From assembly GCF_009914755.1 (NCBI RefSeq), contig NC_060929.1: a stretch of 64,000 nt of DNA; one strand, 5' to 3'. The first letter of the stretch is position 1. Every line of letters starts with the position of its first letter. This document shows positions 26,409-41,494 of this stretch, one piece after another. Origin of the DNA: the human T2T-CHM13v2.0 reference genome, Homo sapiens. A model generated the notes under the pieces. That model had not been told where the DNA came from. It ran no database searches and saw only the letters and a program-made list of their open reading frames with translations. The translations under genes and the position numbers were made by a program.

Positions 26409-27003
26409 TCTGTTCTCATTAGAGGTCGCCAACACATTTGTAAAAGTTTCAGTTTGTGCTTTCAGGATAGAATAGGCAGGACAAAGAGAATTTCCTTCTT
26501 CACAAAAGGCTTACTGTTTACATTTTTTTCTATATTCCATACCCTACTACATGAACTATAAGAACAGGTTTTCCTTTGTGCTAATGGAAGATATAGTTTT
26601 GGAACAAGACTGCAATGAGTGTTTAGTTAGGTCAATAAGAAAAGCCAATATGAAAAGTGTCTCTGTTTTTTTTTTTTAACAGTCTGTCTAAATAGAATTT
26701 TCAATGTTTAATGGCTAGAACTGCCTTTTAATAATTGGTGGAGATTAAGAATTTGGTTAGCAGTCATTTCCCCATGGGCAATGGCACACAGAATCTCATT
26801 CCCAGAACTGGGTGTTTGCATGAACCTCAAAGATGTGGGCTCATCAGACAAGAAAATGAAGGAAACATCGTGAGTCAAATTGGCTGTATGCCACTTTTGT
26901 TATGGAGTGGGACTCAGGTGTTAGGGTGTTTGTAGTTTGAAACTTTTCTCACTTGAGAAAACAGAAGTTTCTTCCAAATGTTAGAAACTCAGCTTGTTAG
27001 ACA

Positions 27004-27623
<620 letters not shown>

Positions 27624-28267
27624 CTTTTCAGCCCTGAACTAAAGACCTTTTCTCCCACTGGTTCCAGAGGAATCCTGATGGTCTAGGTTTCCTTCCCCCA
27701 GTGAGATCTCCAGTTCACTGCAAGAATACAACCTACCCCTCTGATATAAGTAATGAGTTTCCTGCTCAGATGGAGGCAAAGGACTAAGGTTAGAGAACTG
27801 TCGGGGGCAGCCAGGCCAGTAAAACTGGATGACTTCAGTATGAAAGATGTCAGAAGACCATAGCCAGTGGGCAGAATAAATATGCACATGTTTACTTTGG
27901 AGCTATGTTCTTTTCAGCTTTTGAAATTCCTCTGCCCAGCTTCTGACAACCTGCCTGGGCCACTGTGCTAGACTTCCCATATATCTGAAAACACATGTGT
28001 ATTCTCCTTGGGGCTCTCTGCTGTGTGTGAATCTGTCAGATTTGACCTGCCTTAGCTTGATTTTCTGATTTTTTTTTTTTTTTTGGCTGTATCCCTACTG
28101 TCTTATATTACAACCTCAACTCTTGCTGAATCTTGGCTTCTTGGGTCAGATTTCTGATAACCTGAGACAGTCTCTGGCCAATTCCCATAAAGCCTATATT
28201 AGTACAGCTCACCCATTTTCTAGTCAGGTTGATACAACACAGGAGACAAGTATAGATAATTATGCTT

Positions 28268-28727
28268 ATTAGGTTAAACAATCTGAAAGCCTTTAAGTTA
28301 AAATGGCTTAAACAAGATAGAAGTCTCTTGTGTAATATGAGAAGTAGGTGGTACAGGGCTGGTATAGTGGCTGTACTCCATGAGGTTGTCAGAAATTTAT
28401 TTGTGGCTCTACTATCCCCAGAGTATTGCCTTTGCCCACTTGATCTAATATGATTTTGCACCAGGATTATTTTCAAGAGCAATATAAAGGCAGGGAGAGC
28501 AAAAGGGCAAGACTTGTGCTTCAAGGACACAATTTGGAAGTTGTTTCCATAACTTCTGCTCCTATTCCTTTGGCCAGAATTTAGTAATATGGCTATATCT
28601 AGCTTCACAGGAAGATGGGCTAAGTGGTCTTTATTTCAGATGGCCTTGTGCCCAGTTAAAAGTTGGGAGTTCTATTACTTTGAGAGACATTGGAAGAATG
28701 GATGTCGAGGGACAACTGGCAGCTTCT
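28268..28727 (-). mobile_element. MLT1K/L-like LTR
   Basis: aatggcttaaacaagatagaag...ttggccagaatttagtaatatggctatatctagcttcacaggaag. Confidence 0.7.
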
Positions 28728-29593
28728 GTTTTATGTAAGGATATGTATTCTGCTATAGGTTTGTTGTTGATGCAGCATATATAACATCTTTAAATACTTA
28801 AAGATCATCAGCCTTATTATACAGATGGGGCAAATAATGAAGAGATGCAAGATATAGATATCAGCAGTGATCCCTTGGAGTTTGAATGGGTGGGATAGAG
28901 AGCGACTAAAATTAAGGCAAAAGAGACTTTAATTTGACATAAGGAAAACTTATTGATCATGAAGTGCCATTGCAGTGGATTAAGAAAAGGTTTCCTATAT
29001 CTTCTCTCTATGATTCACATTTGTTTTTGCCCTTTTGATCTTCTTGAGTTAAACTCTCTTTCATGGTGTCATCCAACTGTTTTATTTGATTACATTCAGT
29101 GGTATTTATATATCATTGTCATCATCATAAGCTTAGTGAGAGGAAGGTAGGTCTTAAAGAAAAAAAAAGCTCCAATAGCCTTTTTTGAATCAGGTTGTTA
29201 ATACTTTGGATGGGTAAGCACTCCAATAGAAAGTTCCTGAATGATTGTCTTATATTGCGTTACTGTCTCACAGCAGCAGCACTTGATTCTCTATCTCTGA
29301 TATCTCAGGGTGACCTGTGACATTGCAGGGCAGGAATGAGAGCTGCTCTTCATGAAAAAGGAACCTCAAACGCACTCACCTACCCCTTACCCTGGGTTCT
29401 GTGCACCTGTGGCTCCATTTATGACTTGCTTTGCTCTCTTCCCTAATGGAAGTTACTCCCAGGGAAAAGTGACCTTCCCTGGGGGCTGGTACCAGAGATA
29501 GGTCCCCAAGGCTGCCTTCATCGGAGTGCACCCTCCCAGTCACCATCAGTCCTGCCTGCTGGCTCTCCTCCCTCCCTCCTGCAGCAGCCTGCG

Positions 29594-29607
29594 GTTGCCA
29601 TGGCATT
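29594..29607. promoter_or_regulatory. RFX X-box-like motif
   Basis: GTTGCCATGGCATT, 12/14 match to the palindromic X-box GTTGCCATGGCAAC, in locally GC-richer unique sequence. Confidence 0.5.
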
Positions 29608-31039
29608 GCTGGACTGTCTCCACTTCCTGTTAGATTGATTCTGCTGCAGTGCCAGAGGTAACAACAGCCTTTGTGGCTGTCTTGCCAAAGCTGAGACCCT
29701 TAAAAGCAGCCCTTCTTCTTTTCTAGCTGTAATGAATTGGGATGTTGCCCAAAGGCCTCTTCCCTGGGTGGTTTTCTTTTATTTTTTTTCCTATATTGGC
29801 TTTGGTGGGTTTGGGTGCCTTTGGTATGCTGCCCTGCCCATCTGCCGACCATCTTGCCTTAAACTAATTTGGCCCATTGGTAATGAGAGCCAAAAATGAC
29901 AGTTGTGAAGCAGGGGGTTTTGATGTTTACTTGTACACTGCAATAGACTACAGATTGAATGGAGCCCAGCAGAAAGTGTCTTCTTCAGATTACTTAAACA
30001 TCCATTCGGAAAGTAAAAGCTATTGTCATGCTGTCCTTCCATCCCTGCTGTGTGATGTAGCTGTGGAACTGAGAAAGACCCAACACATATTTTGCTGTGA
30101 AATGCATTTGGGACACCAGACTTCCCTAAATATATTTGGAAGTTTTCTTAGTTTTATCTGTTAACCTGGAAAAAAACTATTAAATTTTTTTTCACCCGTT
30201 ATTTAGACACTAGTGAGATGAGTCACCTTTACTGAATACTATTTAGATATTTCTAATGAATACATGAGCTCATTTAGAGTATTGTTTGGTTTATGTTGTG
30301 CATTATCCCAGTCTTAATATTATAACCATTTTCAGCATAATTTCATTAAGAGAGAGACTTAAAGATTCAAGGCACACTCCTGGAATCAATTCTGTTGCTC
30401 ATGTGGCTTGGCAGCTTAGGCAAAAGGCAGTGTATTTTCCAGATTCGTAAACTCAAATATCCACAGAAAGAGTGGTAGAATTTAGAAATAATCTACTTAC
30501 CTTTCCAAGGGACATAAGTCATCAGGTTTGACTCATTCTTAAAGAGCAAGTTGTCCTTGGAATGTCAAGCTGAAATATACCAGTTAAGTTAATAATAAAT
30601 TCTCATGACACAGCCACATGACATTGATTATTGTTTGGTAAAAAAATAAATTACTCAGTCATTGCATGTCTTGCAATTAAATCATTAGATCATCAGAAGC
30701 TGAAATGAAACTCTTTCTTCAATTATAAAAGTATTTTATGTTGTTAGCAATGTTTGGAACTTCCCCTCGGTATAACTATGCTATTATTTAATAAAACATA
30801 AATCAGTGTCGCGGTTTTGTTAAGCCCAAGGGCCTTTAATTCCAAGCTGGTTCTATCGTTATGTTTTGTGTATTTTAGGTAGTCCCTGGGTTGATAGTTT
30901 TCTGCTTTTCTACATTTTATGTCTTTACTCAAGGGAGGACAGAATGGAAAGCTAGAGCCTTGGGCTGCCAGTTGGGAGAACCGGTCTTCCTGTTATCAGT
31001 GCCAAGTGTGGCTTCTTAGAGGCAGACAGCATGGGGAAA

Positions 31040-31140
31040 GGTAGATGGGGCTGAAGACCCAATGATCTTACTGTTTCTCCTTGTGTGACCTTGGGGAAAT
31101 CACTTCGTCTCTCTGAGCCTCATTTTGCTTTTAAGATTTG
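31040..31140 (+). mobile_element. MIR fragment
   Basis: tgtgtgaccttggggaaatcacttcgtctctctgagcctcatttt. Confidence 0.75.
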
Positions 31141-32607
31141 TAAGTCCAGAAAACAAAGACAAACAAGGGAGGTGAGCAAGTATAGAAACACAAATCAAGA
31201 TGGAAAGAGAGTCACATTCATTCATTTCAACTAAGGCAAGAAGGAACCAGTTGAAAAAACAATCCAAGCAAGAAAATGTTACATCTGATAAGATGATGTG
31301 CCAGAACTTGGGAAACTAAATGAAAAACGTATTGGAATCCAGACCGGCAATCTCAGCCAGAAATGAAATGAAGCCAAATAATATAGGAGAAAAGCCAGAA
31401 TCTAGGCAAAGGTCTGAATATTAGGCAGGAGGCACCAGTAGCCTGGAGGAGGCCTTGGACCAAGCTGTTGTAAGACATAGGCTTCTTATTTCCTTGAAGG
31501 GATCTTGGTGCACCTGTGGCCTGATCCTAAGTAAGAAAGGGTGGAAAGGGGTGGGACACAGGCTGTTCCTGACAGCCAGGGAAGAAACAATAGCTTCCAG
31601 ATTCAATGCTCCCTCTATAGAAATCAAATCCACTTCTGAAGCAGGGGTGGCAGTGGGTATTCCTGGTAAAATAATGTGTTGAAAGTATATTCTTCCAGCT
31701 AAATATTTGGTAAAATCAACAATTTGTCATTTTACCTGAAGTTATAGTACTGCATGTCTGTGTGAATTTCTGTGATTCTAATCATAGTATTTTCATAAAT
31801 GCAGTATAATTTGGGGACTGCTTTTTTCTCTCCTTTGTATTGCTTTTAGTGGGCAAATGCAACAATTAATAAAGTTTTCAGTTACCCAGACTCATAGAAC
31901 ATAGAACAAGTAAATTAGGTTTGGTAATGATTTATATGTACCTTTTATATATACTTCTATTTAGAGGAGTGAATACAGATCTCTTTTAAACCAAGAAATC
32001 CTTTTATAAAGGGACAAGAAGCTCACTAACATCTAATTTGTAAATTTGGATGCTTACATATCTGGTAAAATATTACTTATCAACATGTCCTCAGAACATT
32101 TAGTCCTATGGACATCATTTAAAATATTAAGCTGTGCAAAAGATCAGAGTATGGAAATATGAAGGCAGACATTGCTGATCTTTACAATAAATATCTTACC
32201 ACTGTGAAAACTCAAAAATTGTGTTTGTTCTTGCCACTGACGGCTTTCAGTCTTGCTTTCTGGTGCCCTTCTGGGCAACTCCAGCAGAAGTGAAAAAAAG
32301 GCAACAGAATTTCCTAGTGGTTGAGAAAGGGAGACATTTTTGGATAAAAAAATTGAAGTGCTTTTTTTTTTTTTTGCAATGGAGGGCTAAATGTTTTCAG
32401 CATCTATTTCATAATCAGTAAAGTGAGGGAAGCAAAGTCATAGTTCTAGGGAGAAGGTAGTTTTGATAAGAGCTAGTTTAGGCAACATCAAAGAATGCGT
32501 AATTCAGCACTACCCTAGATCTCTAACTCTCAAACGCTCCACAGAACCTATCACACACAGAAACCCATCATTTGAAAGGCATAGGAAAGCCACACTGATG
32601 AGACTCA

Positions 32608-32673
32608 ATCATATGGATTTCTCAATTTACATAGGTATTGATCATACAGATTTCTCAATTTGCATAGGTATTG
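32608..32673. repeat. 33-bp tandem duplication (30/33 identical)
   Basis: atcatatggatttctcaatttacataggtattg / atcatacagatttctcaatttgcataggtattg. Confidence 0.9.
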
Positions 32674-32840
32674 AGACAGTTTTCTCTCAGTTTGTAGGCT
32701 CAAAACTAGAGATTGTTAGGTGGAACCTTATTTCACTTAGCCCCGTATGGACACCATTTTTAGCTTTGAAACAACTCTAGTTCAAAGGGCAAAATGTGCT
32801 AATTCATGAGACTCCATTTATGCCATCCATTGTAATAGTC

Positions 32841-33004
32841 AAGTTTAAATTAGTTAAAATGAAATAAAGTTAGAATTCAGTTCTTCAATTGCAGTAGCCA
32901 CATTTCAAGTGTTCAAAAGCCACAGGTGGTTAGTGGCTACTGTACCAAACACTGGAGAAATAGAACATTTCCATCATTGTAGAAGATTCTCTTGGACCGT
33001 GCTG
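32841..33004. mobile_element. MER3 (hAT-Charlie)
   Basis: tagccacatttcaagtgttcaaaagccacaggtggttagtggctac...tagaacatttccatcattgtagaag. Confidence 0.85.
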
Positions 33005-33602
33005 AGTGTCTAATTTTATGAGCACATTATATAAGAGTACATTTTAGAACTAAAGCTTCATCATTAAAATGTGTGGACTTTTGGTAAGATCTTCATCATT
33101 AATACTTGCATTTTAGGAGACTGAAGTCTTCTTTGAACTTGGATTAGTGAAACTCTAAGGGCAGTTAACTCTGAGGATGAAGTTATCAAAAAACTGAATA
33201 ATATCATCTATGCCTATAAAATAGATGCAAAATGAATAAATAATTTCTAGAGAAGACTTTGTAAGAAGTACCTAACACATAATTAAGATCAAACTTTGAA
33301 ACAACCTAAATTTTAAATAGTTCAAGCTCTGCAGGATAAACCCATTGAGGGCTGCTGCCTTGAGTTAGAGATCTTAGAGATTGTTAAAGGAAAGTAATCA
33401 GCATTTTTTCTTTCTTTGGTCACAGTATTTCAGGCACAGCATATGGAAATCATTAATGCATATTGGACATGTAATCTTTTGTCCTAGATGCTAATGGTTC
33501 AGCTCAGATATGTGGTCATCCTCTCTTCCTTCATCATTGACTGGTTCATTTGTGAAGAATAAATTGTGAGTAAAGAACTCTTATGCAACACAAATTACCT
33601 AA

Positions 33603-34065
<463 letters not shown>

Positions 34066-35092
34066 GGTTACTGACATTTTTAATCAACAACAACAAAAAA
34101 AGCATGGAAATAAGTTTTTCTTTTCTTATCTTCTTCTCCTCAGTGATACAGCCATTTATTTTCATTAGAGAATTATTTCACAAAGTTACAGGGAACTTTG
34201 CAATGATTTAAGTATACCCAATTTTCTTTTCAGTAAATAGCATAGAATTGAAAAAGATTTCACTAGGTGACTTCTCAAGTCATCGACCTCTGCCTAAAAG
34301 CTGCTTTGACAGAAGAGGAGGTAAATTGGATTCAGTTGAGTAGAGGATTTCAAGCTAACACACAGCTCAGGGAATTAAATATTTGAGGCCCAGGGCCATG
34401 CTTCTTCTGTGGGATAGCTGAAGTCAGGCAGAACTTGGCATTGTCTGCATGTTAGGAATATATTGCAAAATTGAGGAGCAGATTTGAAACCACAAAACTC
34501 GTACTGTCAGTTTATTTAGCCACAATGAGGATTTACCAGGGAGACATGAGGGCAAATGAGTCATGCTCAGTGTTTGCCTCTCATATAAAGAGAAAAGTGG
34601 CACTGAAGGATGGTTCAGGCACTTAATTTTTTAGGTTCTAACACTCTCTGGAGGGGCAGGTGTAGAGGTTTTTCTACTTTAAATAATTAAAGCATTAAGA
34701 GGAATTTATTGAGATGAATTCATTTTAGCAGATGATACATTTAAAATGACTTCCACTGTCATTTATTTTTGTCTCAATTCCAGTTTAGCATTTTGATAAG
34801 ATTTGTATCAACAAATTAATGAATTGTGGTCATGTGTATATGTTTGTGTGTCTGTGTATGACCCAATCCTTAAAGAAAAGCCTTGTGAACCAATCTCTAT
34901 AGCTAACAGGACTGTGAAGTCTTTTCCAGCATATATTCTTGGAATAAAATCTTACGTGTTATTTGAGTTGGTTAAAAAAATTTCTGGCCTTGCACTTTTA
35001 GAAGACAAAAACAGTTACTTTGGGGTATGTAGATTTAAGGAAATCAATGATACAGCATGAACTTAAAATAATTTAAGATCAGGAAAGAGAGG

Positions 35093-35634
35093 GTATTAGT
35101 TTATCTACCGCCAGATAACAAATTTCCCCAAAATGTAATGGCTGAAAACAATACATATTTATCTTATAGTTTCTGAGTCAGGCACTATGGAGCAGCTCAG
35201 TTGGGTGTTTATGGTTCAAGGTCTCTCATGAGGTCGTGATTGAGATATTGGGCAAGACTGCACTCAAGGCTTGACTGGGCTAGAGGATCTACTTCCAAGC
35301 TCACTCATGCAGCCATTGGACTTGGACTCTTCAACTCCTCACTGGCTCCTAGCCTCAGTTGCTCTTCACACACAGGCCTCTCCATAAAGAAATTTAAGCG
35401 TCCTCACAGCATGGTAGCTAGTGTCTCCCAGCATAAGCAATCCAAGAGAAAAGGCATGAGGCAGAAGTCACAGGTCTTTCATAACTTATCTTCGGAAGTA
35501 ATACACCATCATTTTTTCCATCTATTATTGGTGACATAGATCAACCATGGTAAAAAGTGGGAGGAGAAATGCACAAGTCCATGAATCCCAGGATGTAAGA
35601 ATGAGTGGGGCCATGTTGCAGGCTGGCTACCACA
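35093..35634 (-). mobile_element. MLT1F/H-like solo LTR
   Basis: gtattagtttatcta...gcttgactgggctagaggatctacttccaagctcactca...ggctggctaccaca. Confidence 0.85.
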
Positions 35635-36156
35635 GAGCCAATAATCTGGAGTAGCGGCCAATTTGATTTTAGTAGATGTGGATGGTCCAGTTTATTTGGC
35701 TATAGGACTGTGAGTTAAGAAATTGAAAGTCAAATTTTATTTTATTTTATATATTCTCAGTGAACACACTCATGGATTGAAAATTTATTTTGTATCTAAA
35801 CCAATAGATTTATGAGTGTCATCATTCTTTTCCCCTACCTCATAGGAATGATACTGTAACAAATTGTCATACTAGTGTGTGTTGGCATTATGAAGGAAGG
35901 AGATATTTTACTATCTTTTCTTTTAAAAACTATGTGTAGAGAAAGTTCAGAGTCCCCCAATGACTTGGCGTGTACTAGCTATCAGTAATACCTGCATGCT
36001 GGTTGGTTATTTGCTCCATTTTGGATGACCTTTTCTTTACAGGTCTCTTGAGGCTTAATGAGTGTACTCCAGTAGCGTTGTGGGTTGAGTGGATTGACTG
36101 ATTATGTAGTCCTTAGATTTCTTTCTGGAGATTTACTCAGTGTAGGGTGAAAGTGA

Positions 36157-36484
<328 letters not shown>

Positions 36485-38389
36485 AGAAGATGTGGTCTTG
36501 CTCTAAGTGAAAAATCATGTCAATTGATTTTGTAGGGTCCAGAACCATTCTCATAATTCCCAGTGCTGGAACATTGCATGGATACAAATTTCAAACAATT
36601 ATATATCAAAAAACACGACAAAAGTAAATAAAAAAATACAAAAGTAGGCATGAAAGACCAACCCAGGGTAGTTTATTTCATATTTTCACCTTTCACTAGT
36701 GCATGGAAACACACTTCCTGAACTGCTACTTTATTCCACATTGTCTTGGATGCGTCCAGCAAGAGGCTTAGAGATCAGAGATCTACATATGCTCATCCTC
36801 AGGGTGTCTTTCTGTCTCAACATGACAGATTTTTCAGGGCAGAGTTCAGAGGCCACCTACCGTGGATTACAGGATATCAAATCGTATCTGAGGCCTCCTC
36901 TACCTGCCCCCCGACCCCCAAGCACCCTCCTTTTCCCTTTGTTTAGGCAAGGCTTGCTGCGGATTTGCAGGGACCCTCCCTACTTTCTTTGGCCTTCATA
37001 TACTTTCTGAGGAAACTCCCCACTACATGGCAGTGGAAGGCTTTCCCTGGTAACATAGTCAATACCCCAAATCTAGTGCCTGTGTGAGTTTTGGGGACAA
37101 AAATGATTCTATCATCAGCTGAAAGAGTGAGGAATCAAGGCAAAAGAAGTTGGCAGAGCCAGTCCACTTCGGTTCCATGGAAACACCAGGAGGAAGAGAT
37201 TCAGCTGAGCCACTGAATTGCTTTTTGGGAGACAGTGACTTGATTTTCTTATTTCTTATTTACCACAGAACCAGCATCAAGTTGATACTTTTATAGGGAC
37301 AGCTCAAAGCAATGAATACCTTAGACAACTTACACAGGTCAGGAGGTCAAGAGAGACATAAGCACAGCCTGACAAGAAAAACTAAGAATTCATTTGACAA
37401 GCCTTTTTCTCTAGGCCATTTTTGGAAAGCCCAGGGATGGTGCTGGTCATATTGCTTTATATTCAGAATCTTAAGCACCAAAGCATAGTGGGAGGGGATA
37501 ATTTTCAATTTTGAGGGAGCAACAGTGTGTCAGAAATAACTGAGATTGGGAAACGGGTAGGTAGGAAAACCCCACCAAATGCCTACAAAGTAAGAGAAAG
37601 GCCTGTAGAGTGGAAGAAAGAATTTAGAAGTAATTGGGGATGTTTGGATTGCATTTGTTATTTTGTGGTTTGAATATTTTCTATACATTCTCCAGCTGTT
37701 GTGATGAATAAAACAAAATTTGCTTTTCTTTTTTTGTTTACTGCCAGCTGTAGAAAAAACCCTGAACACCTGATATTCCTGAGAGCTGCCTTGTGAGAAC
37801 AGCTGTCCCATCAAAGACCCTTGGCAGGGTGTTATTCTAGATGAGTCCATTAGCTATTGCGGAAGCCAACACACATGTGAGGGAAAGATTTTCCATATTT
37901 TGCAAGTCCCGCCTATTAAAGCTTTCTGTAATGACAAGATGGTATTGCTGAGTGACTTTTTAATTGTTTTTCCTAAGCAACTGCCAATGTTTAATTAGGC
38001 TTCAGCTAACACGCTCTAAGTTAATTTAAGACAAATGGCTGTGGTGTGGCTAATTGTTAGAGTATGGTGATCTGGGAGCATCTGACTCAAGCGTGAGTCT
38101 GTGCTCTGCAGATATGTGGTGGGTGGCTGAATGACCCAGACAGGTCTGATTGCCCCTGCTGGGAAACACCCAAACCACCTGTCTGGGATGAGTAATCTCC
38201 CTGACACACTACCTAAATTCACACCTCCATACTTCAAGCTAAACCAGTATGGATTTAAAGCCTGGAATTTTATTAAATTAATCACTAATAGCTTTTATGT
38301 GTGAATTTTATTATCAAATGAATCAACAGTAGCTTTTACGTATGAAAAGCATGCTTGTATCTATTGTATTAGACTGCCTTAGAAAACAT

Positions 38390-38550
38390 CCATTAGAGCT
38401 GGAACAGACCTCAAGAAGATTAACTTCAATGCCGACATTTAAATAGGAACTAATAAGGGACGAGAGAGGAGGAACAACTTGCCCAAAGTCACCTAGATTT
38501 TAGGACTGGAACTAAAGCCTCAGCCTTCTCATTTTAAATCTTCTGCTTGT
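38390..38550 (-). mobile_element. MIR fragment
   Basis: ttagagctggaacagacctc...aacttgcccaaagtcacctag. Confidence 0.6.
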
Positions 38551-38760
38551 TTCCCCCTTCTGCCCGCTCTGCCCCCTCAACCCTCACCCCAAATTGTATT
38601 AAGTTCACCACTTAACTCCAACTCTTTCAGGACAGGAAGTGGAGGTACAAGGATGAAGCTGGGAGGTGGGAATGAACATTTTTGATGGGCTGATACTTAT
38701 GGCTCATGCTGCAGACAATGGACAGGGCCTGGCAGGTGGTAGGGATCAGCAGAATGCCTT

Positions 38761-39122
38761 TGATAGAGTTTGGCTCTGTGTCCCCACCCTATTCTCATCT
38801 TGAATTGTAATCCCCATGTGTTGAGGGAGGGACCTGGCGGGAGGTTATCAGATCATGGGGGCAGCTTTCTTCCTGCTGTTCTCATGAGAGTGAGTGAGTT
38901 CTCACCAGGGCTGATGGTTTTAATGTGTGGCACTTCCTCACTCTTGCTCTCTCCTGCCACCATATAAGACGTGCCTTGCTTCCCCTTTACCTTCTGCCAT
39001 GATTGTAAGTTTCATGACGCCTCCCCAGCCATGCGGAGCTGTGAGTCACTTAAACCTCTTTTCTTTATAAATTACCCAGCTTCAGATAGTTCTTTATAGC
39101 AGTGTGAAAATTGGCAAATACA
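38761..39122 (+). mobile_element. MSTA-like solo LTR
   Basis: tgatagagtttggctctgtgtcccc...aaataca; TSD GCCTT at 38756-38760 and 39123-39127. Confidence 0.92.
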
Positions 39123-41259
39123 GCCTTGTAGCATAATTCCACAAAGTTGAAGGACACCCCCACCCTAAGTCAAGCTTCCATTGCTTCGGCCCTCTTGAGG
39201 CTTCCGTCTCCTTGAGTACGAGTTCTTTGGCTTTATTCTTTTCAGTCATTCCCTGACGCCAAGAGCCTTGCTCTCACCCTCCCACTCTGTGCTCAGTCCA
39301 CTCTTGCATGGTCTTCCATCTTTGCTTCTTCTTGGTTGTGTCTCCCTTTAGTTCTTACGCCTTCTCTGTGTTTCAACATCTTCTCTATTTGTAGCTTAAA
39401 CCAATGGGTTTTCTGATCTTCCCAGGTCTGTTATGGTGGTAAAGTGAGTTAAAACATGGCAACATTTGAGAGGAATGTCTGACACATAATCATATGATAA
39501 GCACACCCTAAAGAATGGTAATCATTTTCCTTATTATTATTCCGCTTGATTTCTTATATTTCTCTTGCTCTGTCAAATTATATTTTTATATTGTACTCAC
39601 TTAAGAAACTCTCACCGTGTCCTGCTGAGTGGAGGTCTCCCTGCCACATAGAACACTCCATCCAATGTCTCCCCTCTCTTGTAGACCTGACATACTAGGG
39701 GCAAGCTGCTTTTTCCAGAGTTTCCTCATCTCTCTTCAAAAGACAAAGTAGATGACGTTAAGATATTATTTCAACAATTCCCTTATAGAACCAAAAAAGC
39801 TGTATTTTATTATAGTTGCTTGGAAGTGATATACCCTATTCAGCACTGTTTTGATTATAAAAATACATTTTAGCCCTCTTTTGAAACTTTCAGAGTTTAT
39901 AGAATATTTATTTCTAAAAAGTCCATAGGAGTATAAACCTTGAAAAAAACCCAAAAAAGTGTAAATATTTGGGGGAAAAAAGACATTCAGAGAACTGATA
40001 AAAAGGAAATGAAGTGGATAACTTTTTTTTAGATAAAAATCTTTACTTGTAAATTACTTACAGAGTCACTTCAAATATTCATCATAATTGGGAAGATAGG
40101 CTTATTGCCAGTTACCCTAACAACATATGAGATAACAAACATTAAAAAAAATTTCATGAAAATTAAGTATGTCTTTAATATACAGGTAAGATAGGCATAA
40201 AAGGAAGAAATTTCTGATTTGGGGCATATGTGAGAAAAACAGAATACAAAAAGCAAAAGCACGTGCTGAATAAATTTAGTTAAATAATATATTCTACTTC
40301 ACAGTCATTTTATTTCCACTAGCCCTAGTTTGCCAACATATTTATTATTGAAAATGAGATGTATGTTCTATGTATATTGCTCGAGGCTGATTTAGACAGG
40401 ACTTTGTGTGCATTGCTGACCACAAAGAGAGTTTCAACTGAAGGCCAGAATAAAAATGGCATGGCTTACAATTTCACCACATTTGTTTTCAAAAGCAACG
40501 TGATTTCCTTTTCTAAATTGCAAAGCAAAACCAAACAAAATGGGCTAGTTATTCTTGAAAAACTTTGGCCATCCTTAACTCTCAATTGCTAGCAATATTT
40601 CAGATTCCTAATTAGTGTCTGAAAGAAAAAACATTGGCCACGAAAGAATAAAGAATAAATGATTTTATTTGATAAAAAAGCATTATAAGCAAGGTGAATG
40701 GAAAGTTTGTAGAATGTGTCCAGATGGTAAAAAAATTGTGAAAAATGAAACTCAAGAGAAGCTTGAAAGAAATGAGGAAATGTATCACTCTGTGTGTCAT
40801 TACAAGTTTGGCGCTGGGCCAGTCTGCAAAAAGGGAAGTTTTAAGATGGTTGAAGCTTAGCTGTTTCTTAAGTAGCAAGACACAAAGGCTGCATCTATTA
40901 AGTACTCTGTGGTTATGATGATGTCATTTGGTGATTTCCACTGTCCTGATTGATTTATAGAAGATAAAAACTCTACTTTAGTCCAACAGAGATAGCAACC
41001 AAACTCTTAGATTCAGCTGGTGAACCAACTGGAAAATTAAAGTAATTCTGTGCCTTGGACACATTTCATTAATCTTCTTGTGGGACTTATTTCAGTTTTG
41101 TGAAATTGTTTGTTTAGAAATGGTAATAGATTCCATTTCAAGCCAACCAATAATCTATTCCTTTCTGCCACACTGGACGGAACTCTGGGTTACTTTAGTA
41201 AGAAAAACATCGTAATCTTCTCTCTGAGAAGGTTATAATTGACCTAGGTGGAAGGTTAG

Positions 41260-41470
41260 TCAGTGTAGACTTGAACTATAGTGCCTGGTTGAATTTGGGC
41301 TCCACCTTTCTTTCTTTGTGACTGGGAGAGTCAGTTAATCTCTGAAGCGTCTCCTCAGTTTTCTAATCCATGACTGGAGTGCATAAGCCTGAATGTGTAT
41401 TAAATAAGATGATACTTGCAAAGCAATGACAATACTTGGCATGCAGTAACTGCTCCATAAATGTCATTTA
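41260..41470 (+). mobile_element. MIR
   Basis: cctggttgaatttgggctccac...ctcagttttctaatcca...taaataagatgatacttgcaaagc. Confidence 0.65.
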
Positions 41471-41494
41471 GGTGGAAGATGATGTGAGAACCTT

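Noticed and set aside
28108-28608. 166-aa ORF
   Set aside because: It mostly overlaps an MLT1 LTR and shows no protein-like features or splice support.
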